Part shown: one piece after another, positions 57,536 to 64,000 of the stretch | How positions within the stretch are numbered: position 1 is the stretch's first letter | Layout: each line of letters opens with the position of its first letter | Assembly: GCA_030429625.1 (NCBI GenBank) | Contig: JAUIFA010000003.1 | Span: forward strand, 278,734 to 342,733 | Length of the DNA: 64,000 nt | Source: Alphaproteobacteria bacterium | GTDB lineage: Bacteria; Pseudomonadota; Alphaproteobacteria; Rickettsiales; UBA8987 | Direction of reading: 5' to 3' | Position numbers and translations under genes: made by a program | Notes under the pieces: model-generated | What the model saw: the letters and a program-made list of their open reading frames with translations, nothing else | The model's database searches: none | Told to the model about the DNA's origin: nothing

Positions 57536-57564
57536 TCTATATACTGAGCTTCAAATAAAGTCAA
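57536..57564 (-). promoter_or_regulatory. Sigma70-type promoter candidate for the three-small-gene operon
   Basis: The minus strand reads TTGACT (57564-57559), a 17-nt spacer, then TATAGA (57541-57536). This implies a leader of about 130 nt. Confidence 0.4.
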
Positions 57565-57761
57565 TTTTACTATATATTAACTTTGTTTACTCTCTTATTA
57601 AAACTAGGAAACAATTATCGGATATCTTAATATAAACTGTTGAGTTTTCCTTATATATCGTTACAATAGTGGCAACTTTATCTAAGATATTTAGTGTATT
57701 GCATTAATTATACTGGATAATGCATTGTAAAATAATATTTATAAAAGGGTTGATACTAACA

Positions 57762-59171
57762 ATGGCTAAGGTCGAAGAGTTTCTTAAATTTGTAGAAGAA
57801 CATGAAATTGAATTTGTGGATTTCCGTTTTACTGATCCTAAAGGCAAGTGGCAGCACACAACAATGGTAACCGATCAAGTAGATGAATCTATTCTTACTG
57901 ACGGTCTTATGTTTGATGGCTCCTCTATATCTGGCTGGAAAGCAATCAATGAATCAGACATGATATTGCAACCAGATTTAGATTCATATGTGATTGACCC
58001 ATTCTCTTCTTATCCAACCGTTATTGTAACATGCGACATTGTTGAGCCTTCAACCGGAATTGGTTATGAGCGTGATCCACGCTCTACCGCAAAACGTGCG
58101 GAAGCCTATTTGAAATATAGCGGAATAGGGGACACGGCATTCTTTGGTCCAGAGCTGGAATTCTTCTTGTTTGACGATGTCCGTTTTGAGGCAGGGATGA
58201 ACGGATGTTTTGCTGAAGTGGATTCAAAAGAATCTCCGATAAACAGCGGATCAGATTACGAAGAAGGCAATATGGGACACCGCCCTAAGGTAAAAGGTGG
58301 TTATTTTCCGGTACAACCTGTGGATTCAATGAACGATATTCGTTCTGAAATGTTACTAACCTTAAAGGAAATTGGCGTGGTTCCTATTCTTCATCACCAT
58401 GAAGTTGCGCCCGCACAAAACGAACTTGGCTTTAAGTTTGGCACATTGATTGAAACAGCAGACAATACTCAGAAATATAAATATGTGGTGCATAATGTGG
58501 CCGCAGAATTCGGTAAAACGGCAACCTTTATGCCCAAACCTATCGCTGGTGACAATGGTAACGGCATGCACGTTCACCAATCTATCTGGAAGGATGGAGA
58601 GCCACTTTTCGCAGGCAATGGTTATGCTGATCTTTCAGAAACAGCCCTCTATTACATTGGTGGCGTTATCAAACATGCCAAGGCAATTAATGCCTTTACC
58701 AACGCTTCCACCAACAGTTATAAACGTTTAATTCCGGGCTTTGAAGCGCCTGTATTACTTGCTTATTCTGCACGCAACCGCTCTGCTTCAATCCGTATTC
58801 CATATACAGCAAGCTCTAAGGGTAAACGTATTGAATGTCGTTTTCCTGATTCAACCGCCAATCCATATTTTGCCTTTACCGCAATGTTGATGGCCGGCCT
58901 TGACGGGATTGAAAACAAAATTCACCCAGGTGATGCTATGGATAAAAATCTGTACGATCTTCCTGCGGAAGAACTAAGCGGCATACCCACAGTATCACGT
59001 TCTTTCCGTCAGGCATTGGACTCTCTTTCTGAAGACCGCGAATTCTTGAAGAAAGGTGATGTATTCTCTGACGATCAGATTGATGCGTATATTGAGTTAA
59101 AAATGCAAGAAATTGAAGAATTGGAATCAACACCTCATCCAATTGAGTTTGTAAATTACTATTCTGTCTAA
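57762..59171 (+). CDS. glnA: Glutamine synthetase type I (adenylylatable GSI-beta)
   Basis: 469 aa from [10 protein letters not shown] at 57762. The track ORF starts at 57720. Conserved GS blocks are present, as is the adenylylation-site context DKNLYDLP. Confidence 0.95.
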   Translation: MAKVEEFLKFVEEHEIEFVDFRFTDPKGKWQHTTMVTDQVDESILTDGLMFDGSSISGWKAINESDMILQPDLDSYVIDPFSSYPTVIVTCDIVEPSTGIGYERDPRSTAKRAEAYLKYSGIGDTAFFGPELEFFLFDDVRFEAGMNGCFAEVDSKESPINSGSDYEEGNMGHRPKVKGGYFPVQPVDSMNDIRSEMLLTLKEIGVVPILHHHEVAPAQNELGFKFGTLIETADNTQKYKYVVHNVAAEFGKTATFMPKPIAGDNGNGMHVHQSIWKDGEPLFAGNGYADLSETALYYIGGVIKHAKAINAFTNASTNSYKRLIPGFEAPVLLAYSARNRSASIRIPYTASSKGKRIECRFPDSTANPYFAFTAMLMAGLDGIENKIHPGDAMDKNLYDLPAEELSGIPTVSRSFRQALDSLSEDREFLKKGDVFSDDQIDAYIELKMQEIEELESTPHPIEFVNYYSV

Positions 59172-59189
59172 CATATTATTCGCAAAATT

Positions 59190-59219
59190 AAAGGCGGTCT
59201 AAAATGACCGCCTTTTTTG
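59190..59219 (+). terminator. Rho-independent terminator after glnA
   Basis: AAAGGCGGTC-taaaat-GACCGCCTTT followed by TTTT. Confidence 0.8.
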
Positions 59220-59237
59220 CCTAAAGGGGAGGCAATT

Positions 59238-59969
59238 ATGCACGATAACAGAAGATTCAAACCTATTAATCCTATTTTTTGTGCGCTTGACACAAATGAT
59301 ATTGAAAAAGCTAAACATCTGGGGAAAATGCTTTCTGGCCATGTGGGGGGAGTTAAGATCGGCTTGGAGTTTTTTACCCGTTTCGGATTTAATGGCGTTA
59401 GTGCTGTCGTCGGCGCAGAAAAACGGATACCTTTATTTTTAGATTTAAAGTTTTATGATATTCCCAACACTGTTGCCGGTGCGGTGCGTAGTGCCATTGA
59501 CTTAGGCGCGTATATGATAACTGTGCATGCTTCAGGTGGCTACGATATGATTAAAGCAGCAGTGGAGGCTGCCGAAGATCAAGCTGAAAGATTTAAAATT
59601 ACAAAGCCAAAGATCATTGCTGTGACTGTTTTAACCAGCATGGACGAACATGATTTACAAAAATTAGGCATTACTGATGACGTTCAGTCCCATGTACTTA
59701 GGCTTGGGGAAATAGCACAAAAAGCCGGAGCAAACGGACTGGTATGTTCTGCCTCAGAGCTTGGTGCCATACGTTCTCATTTAGGAAATGATTTAACCTT
59801 AGTAACACCAGGGATTAGAAGCATTACGGATCCTCTTAACGATCAGAAACGGGTGGTCACACCAAAACAAGCCATAGACGATGGTGCAAATTATCTGGTT
59901 ATTGGGAGGCCTATTACAAGTGCCAAAAACCCTTTAAAAGCCGTTCGGGAAATATTAGAAACCATATAA
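59238..59969 (+). CDS. pyrF: Orotidine 5'-phosphate decarboxylase
   Basis: 243 aa from the ATG at 59238, with RBS AGGGGAGG. Motifs FLDLKFYDIPNTV and LVIGRPIT. The track ORF starts at 59217. Confidence 0.9.
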   Translation: MHDNRRFKPINPIFCALDTNDIEKAKHLGKMLSGHVGGVKIGLEFFTRFGFNGVSAVVGAEKRIPLFLDLKFYDIPNTVAGAVRSAIDLGAYMITVHASGGYDMIKAAVEAAEDQAERFKITKPKIIAVTVLTSMDEHDLQKLGITDDVQSHVLRLGEIAQKAGANGLVCSASELGAIRSHLGNDLTLVTPGIRSITDPLNDQKRVVTPKQAIDDGANYLVIGRPITSAKNPLKAVREILETI

Positions 59970-59978
59970 TAGTTGGTA

Positions 59979-60620
59979 CTATGCACCATATTTTTGTCGG
60001 TATTTCTGCATTTGCTCCAAAGCCTGCATGTTACCTTTTTCTTCAAGATAGTGCATCAAATCCGTCATATTAACAATTGACGTTACCCTGATATCTAACT
60101 CTTCTTCTATTTCCATTAGAGTAGATTTTTCTCCTGAACCTCTTTCCTGCCTGTCTAACGCAATAAGCACACCCACAGCCTTTCCTCCATTCTGCGCAAT
60201 AATATCAACCGATTCACGCACAGAGATACCAGCAGAAATCACATCATCAACAATAAGCACATTCTTACCTTCAATGGAAGCACCAACAATATGACCACCT
60301 TCACCATGATCTTTGGCCTCTTTTCGATTAAACGCATAAGGAAGGTCGCACTCATGATCTTCTGCCAGCGCCACGGCAGTAATTGCCGCTAAGGGAATAC
60401 CTTTATATGCAGGGCCAAAAACAAGATCAAAGTTAATGTCTGATTTAATCGCCGCCTTAGCATAATATTTTCCAAGCTGTGAAAGTGAACCGCCTGTGTT
60501 AAACAAGCCTGAATTAAAGAAATAAGGACTAACACGCCCAGACTTTAAGGTGAACTCACCAAATCGTAAAACTTTCTGTTTTAACGCAAAATCCAGAAAT
60601 TCTTTTTTATATTTTTCCAT
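59979..60620 (-). CDS. pyrE: Orotate phosphoribosyltransferase
   Basis: 213 aa from MEKYKKEFLDFALKQKVLRFGEFTLKSGR at 60620. PRPP-binding motif VLIVDDVISAG. The track ORF extends to 60668. Confidence 0.9.
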   Translation of the reverse strand: MEKYKKEFLDFALKQKVLRFGEFTLKSGRVSPYFFNSGLFNTGGSLSQLGKYYAKAAIKSDINFDLVFGPAYKGIPLAAITAVALAEDHECDLPYAFNRKEAKDHGEGGHIVGASIEGKNVLIVDDVISAGISVRESVDIIAQNGGKAVGVLIALDRQERGSGEKSTLMEIEEELDIRVTSIVNMTDLMHYLEEKGNMQALEQMQKYRQKYGA

Positions 60621-60666
60621 GAAACTTGATATATAACTTTTAAAAAAATAAGGCAAGTTTTGTAGC

Positions 60667-60693
60667 AATAAAAAGGGCGACCTAGGCCGCCCT
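60667..60693 (-). terminator. Rho-independent terminator after carD
   Basis: The minus strand reads GGGCGGCC-tagg-TCGCCC followed by TTTTTATT. Confidence 0.7.
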
Positions 60694-60720
60694 AAAAATA
60701 GAAAGATTTCTGCTTACTAA

Positions 60721-61326
60721 CTACGCAGCGATGAAATCATGCTCTTCTTCATCGATATTAAGATCATCATCACCATCCAAATCCGGAGCAGGGGCGATAG
60801 TACTAATTTCCTCAACCTCAATCTTTGGTGTATTTTCTTTTATCACCTTTACCAAAGATTCCTGCGCCTCATCAATCTCAATTTGTTGTACCGCTGAAAT
60901 TTCACCTGCCAGACGAATCAATGCGTTCTCATAAATAATCCGCTCAGAATAGGAGCGATCCGGATCGTCTACGTTTTTATGCAAATCACGTACTACTTCA
61001 GCCAAAGAAACAATATTTCCTGAATTAATTTTTGATTCATATTCTTTGGCACGACGACTCCACATCCCACGGCTTGTACGAGGACGTCCTTTTAGTGTTT
61101 TGTTAACTTTAGTAAGTTCTTTTTCTGTACATAAAGGACGTAAACCAGAATCCAAAGCTCTGTCCACAGGGATACGAAGAGTCATTTTTTCTCTTTCGAA
61201 GAAGACCACAAAGGTTGTGAGATCCATTCCAGCAATCGCCTGAGTTTCCTTACCCACAATCTGTCCTACGCCGTGCGCCGGATATACCACCATTGTACCC
61301 TGATTAAACATCTCTGAATTTATCAT
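60721..61326 (-). CDS. carD: CarD/CdnL-family RNA-polymerase-binding transcription factor
   Basis: 201 aa from MINSEMFNQGTMVVYPAHGVGQIV at 61326. CarD_CdnL_TRCF N-domain and an unusually acidic C-terminal tail (DLDGDDDLNIDEEEHD). The track ORF extends to 61398. Confidence 0.85.
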   Translation of the reverse strand: MINSEMFNQGTMVVYPAHGVGQIVGKETQAIAGMDLTTFVVFFEREKMTLRIPVDRALDSGLRPLCTEKELTKVNKTLKGRPRTSRGMWSRRAKEYESKINSGNIVSLAEVVRDLHKNVDDPDRSYSERIIYENALIRLAGEISAVQQIEIDEAQESLVKVIKENTPKIEVEEISTIAPAPDLDGDDDLNIDEEEHDFIAA

Positions 61327-61579
61327 ATATTTCTCTCCTTTAAATATAAAATATTCGTATAACAATATATAAAGCAGAGCCTTTGACGTAAATCCCAAAT
61401 ACGCCTAAACAATGCTATATCACTCTCTCTTCCGTAATTTATGGTGAGTACTATACCACAAAATTGGCAACAAAAAAAGGGTAAATATCAACTTTTAAGG
61501 ATATTTACATACAATTTTAGAAAAAAACCATATATTTTCAAGAGACTAGGGCAGATAAATATTTTTATATTTATAAAAG

Positions 61580-61915
61580 CTAGCAGCCGTTTCCTGGCTC
61601 TTCACTGAAATAATCTTCGCGTTTGTTACTCACTCCCTTAAACTTCTCAGCTTCAGGGTCTTCACCAATATTGACCGTCAAATTAGGCCAAAGCGCGGCA
61701 TATTTACGGTTTAACTCTATCCATTCTTCGGTGGTTTCGTCCTCAGGAACAATAGCTTCCGCAGGGCACTCAGGCTCACACACACCACAATCTATGCACT
61801 CATCTGGGTTAATAACCAACATGTTTTTACCTTCATAAAAACAATCAACAGGGCAAACCTCAACACAATCTGTGTATTTACATTTTATGCATTGTTCCGT
61901 AACAATATAAGCCAT
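61580..61915 (-). CDS. fdxA: 7Fe ferredoxin ([3Fe-4S][4Fe-4S], FdxA type)
   Basis: 111 aa from [29 protein letters not shown]...[12 protein letters not shown] at 61915. The track ORF extends to 61975. Confidence 0.9.
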   Translation of the reverse strand: MAYIVTEQCIKCKYTDCVEVCPVDCFYEGKNMLVINPDECIDCGVCEPECPAEAIVPEDETTEEWIELNRKYAALWPNLTVNIGEDPEAEKFKGVSNKREDYFSEEPGNGC

Positions 61916-62203
61916 GAGCCAATCTCCATAGTTTCTATGTGAAGCCTGTATAATAGCGAGAATTCTGCTTGTCAAAGAAAAATTATCCCTAGGAAATTAT
62001 TATCCATTTATTACCTTTCTAATCTATTGCAAATATGTCCTAACTTTATGGGTAAATGTAGGAAAAAAATGCCTAATTCCATTCTCCATCTGAACAATAG
62101 CTTACAATAATTTTTCTATCTCGCTGAAAAATAAGGAAGTTGAATATTGGTATACAAATTGCTTAGAATAACTCTAAAATTAATATGTGTTTTTAGAAAC
62201 TGT

Positions 62204-62953
62204 ATGCTGCACCAAACAATAAATAAAAAATTATTTAACAGACTTAGTGATTCAAATATTGAAATCACCAATCAAATTCTTTTTCTTGAAAATGAAATTG
62301 GTTCTTTGATGGGCGAGTTGAGAATCTTATCTGAAGAATTAAAGGTAATAGAGAGTGATCTTGAAGAATTTAGCACTGAATATAATAAAGAAATTGCGCC
62401 CATTTGCGAGGAATTGCTTATTATTAATTCCATTATTAAGCATACCGATTCTAATCCTAATGAGAGCCAAACCTTTGAAACCAACGATGATGACATGAAT
62501 TTTTACTATGTGTCGGATTGCGAAGAGAAAGTACTAAAAAATGAATTGAAACATATATATCGCCGTTTGGCCAAAAAATTGCACCCAGACATGCAAAAAG
62601 GAATGGAGCATATTTCTGATCGCCTCTTTAAAGAACTGACCCATTCCTATATGAACAACGACATTGCAGGCCTGATGCGTATTGAAGAAGAATTCTTTGA
62701 ATCTAAAAAATACAGCGGAGAGAGTCAGATTCAAAAGCTCGAAAGGCTTGAAAAACGCCATGATAAGCTTAAAAATGACATTGATAAATTAAAAATAAAG
62801 CACAATACCATACGTAATTCTCAAACCTACAAACTGCAGCAAAGGGTAAAATGGCATAAAATGTGTGGCCAAAACCTTATTCAGACTATAAAGGAGAGGG
62901 TCAAAAAAGATTTAGACACAAAAAAAGCTGTACTTGAACTATCAAACCTATAG
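62204..62953 (+). CDS. Coiled-coil protein with an internal J-domain (HPD motif)
   Basis: Coiled-coil regions flank LKHIYRRLAKKLHPDMQKG...LFKELTHSY, which matches J-domain helices II and III with HPD. ATG at 62204. The track ORF starts at a TTG at 62147. Confidence 0.65.
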   Translation: MLHQTINKKLFNRLSDSNIEITNQILFLENEIGSLMGELRILSEELKVIESDLEEFSTEYNKEIAPICEELLIINSIIKHTDSNPNESQTFETNDDDMNFYYVSDCEEKVLKNELKHIYRRLAKKLHPDMQKGMEHISDRLFKELTHSYMNNDIAGLMRIEEEFFESKKYSGESQIQKLERLEKRHDKLKNDIDKLKIKHNTIRNSQTYKLQQRVKWHKMCGQNLIQTIKERVKKDLDTKKAVLELSNL

Positions 62954-62989
62954 TATCACATTGATAGAAAATAATATTTGTGAGTTTGT

Positions 62990-64000
62990 ATGCTAAAATT
63001 TCCGATTCTTTTTATATTTTTATCTATTCTCTCTACAATATTTCCAACTACTAACGATGCCTATGCCGCAGAAAATATAGGGAGTTCAATTCTCATTGAA
63101 AATGCAGAAAAACTAATAAATTTCTTAGTTGATAAAATGGCATTTATCCTTTTTTATCCCATATTTGATGTGCCTCTTCTTGTATTTTGGCTCATTACGG
63201 GGGGGATATTTTTTACCCTTAGGCTAGGATTTGTAAACATTCGACTATTTGCCCACGCTATTCGTGTTGTTGCAGGCAAGTATTCTAAGGACAGTGATCC
63301 GGGTGAAGTATCCCATTTTCAAGCCCTTGCTGCTGCGGTTTCCGCTACAGTTGGGCTGGGAAATATTGCCGGAGTAGCCGTGGCAGTGGCCGCAGGTGGC
63401 CCTGGGGCGGTCATTTGGATGGTCTTGGGCGGCTTTTTTGGCATGTCGACAAAATTTGCCGAAGTGACTATGGGTCAAAAATATAGGGTTATTGATAAGA
63501 ATGGTCGAGTTTCTGGCGGGGCGTTTCATTATTTAAAAAACGGTCTTGCTGAAAAAAATATGCCTAGGTTTGGTAAGTTTCTAGCTGCTGTTTTTGCTGT
63601 ATTATGTATTGGTGGGTCTCTTGGGGGCGGCAATATGTTTCAAGCCAATCAATCGGTTTCTATTCTAACAAACACTTTTGATTCATTGGGAGAAATTGAT
63701 CTTTTGATCGCTTTGGCCCTCTCTGTGAGTGTAGGAATTGTGTTAATTGGCGGCATCAGAAGAATTGCTAAGGTTGCCGAAGCCATTGTGCCACTGATGG
63801 CATTTATCTATTTAAGCGCAGCGATTGTTGTTTTGATCGTCAATGCAGAAAATCTACTTCCCGCTATACAAATCATGTTTACAGAAGCCTTTAATTTTTC
63901 TGCTCTTGGCGGAGGAATTCTTGGTGTCATTATTGCCGGCGTAAAGCGGTCTACGTTTTCTAACGAAGCAGGGCTTGGTTCTGCACCGATTGCCCATGCT
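62990..64000 (+). CDS. Alanine/glycine:cation (Na+) symporter, AGCS family, N-terminal 337 codons (runs off the right edge)
   Basis: Not in the ORF track because it has no stop in the window. Translation from the ATG at 62990 gives ...FQALAAAVSATVGLGNIAGVAVAVAAGGPGAVIWM...GGNMFQANQ...RSTFSNEAGLGSAPIAHA, the AGCS signature. The frame stays open to position 64000. Confidence 0.85.
   Translation, partial: MLKFPILFIFLSILSTIFPTTNDAYAAENIGSSILIENAEKLINFLVDKMAFILFYPIFDVPLLVFWLITGGIFFTLRLGFVNIRLFAHAIRVVAGKYSKDSDPGEVSHFQALAAAVSATVGLGNIAGVAVAVAAGGPGAVIWMVLGGFFGMSTKFAEVTMGQKYRVIDKNGRVSGGAFHYLKNGLAEKNMPRFGKFLAAVFAVLCIGGSLGGGNMFQANQSVSILTNTFDSLGEIDLLIALALSVSVGIVLIGGIRRIAKVAEAIVPLMAFIYLSAAIVVLIVNAENLLPAIQIMFTEAFNFSALGGGILGVIIAGVKRSTFSNEAGLGSAPIAHA

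Noticed and set aside
57204-57635. 143-aa plus-strand ORF
   Set aside because: It is antisense to the first small-operon gene, which has a strong RBS, and it extends into AT-rich promoter DNA. It is likely spurious.
57660-57761. Sigma54 or NtrC sites upstream of glnA (TGGCAACTTTATC and the repeated TGCATT)
   Set aside because: The TGGCA is not followed by a TTGC at the correct spacing. The TGCATT direct repeat does not match the NtrC palindrome. I consider these chance matches in AT-rich DNA.
63245-63529. 94-aa minus-strand ORF
   Set aside because: It is antisense to the open-ended AGCS symporter gene that runs off the window edge.
1-64000. CRISPR arrays, rRNA or tRNA genes, IS elements or integrases
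   Set aside because: I saw no regularly spaced direct repeats with unique spacers, no cloverleaf-like or rRNA-like segments in the intergenic regions, and no transposase or integrase-like ORFs. The only structured RNA recognised is the SRP RNA.

Overview
This is a chromosomal window from a low-GC, flagellated proteobacterium. The gene content fits an alphaproteobacterium best: a fixNOQP/fixGHIS-type cbb3 oxidase cluster, CarD/CdnL, a PAS_5-like protein, and a sigma54-type promoter upstream of the fliK-flgD-flgE hook genes. That assignment is an inference. Most of the window is tightly packed housekeeping. In order: dxs (partial), nadE, an MFP-RND-pepF operon, an SGNH hydrolase, a DUF45 peptidase, an orphan CHASE/PAS/GAF histidine kinase, and ccoNOQP plus ccoGHIS. 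Next comes a sulfate-assimilation operon (cysI, a CysG N-domain gene, APS-type cysH, cysD, cysNC, and a 1186-aa NfnB/NfnA-like fusion oxidoreductase). After that: yajQ-lolA-ftsK, SRP RNA, a beta-oxidation operon, yaaA, a soluble MCP with a CZB domain, ahcY, metC, fliK-flgD-flgE, glnA, pyrF, pyrE, carD, fdxA, a J-domain protein, and a partial alanine/Na+ symporter. The parts worth a second look are these. (1) A self-contained operon of three unclassifiable small proteins sits between the hook operon and glnA. (2) An orphan phage receptor-binding module (Ig-like protein, collagen/C1q-like fibre, tail-fibre chaperone) is followed by a moron-like two-gene cassette with its own consensus promoter and terminator. 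(3) Two tandem paralogous small proteins are translationally coupled to pepF and an RND pump. (4) The NfnBA-like fusion at the end of the cys operon could be the missing electron donor for CysI. (5) A family of GTCAT...GGATYC-bounded hairpin repeats occupies four intergenic loci, and one pair brackets a single secreted-protein gene as inverted repeats. I saw no CRISPR array, rRNA, tRNA, transposase or integrase. ccoQ and ccoS are real small genes below the ORF-track length cutoff.
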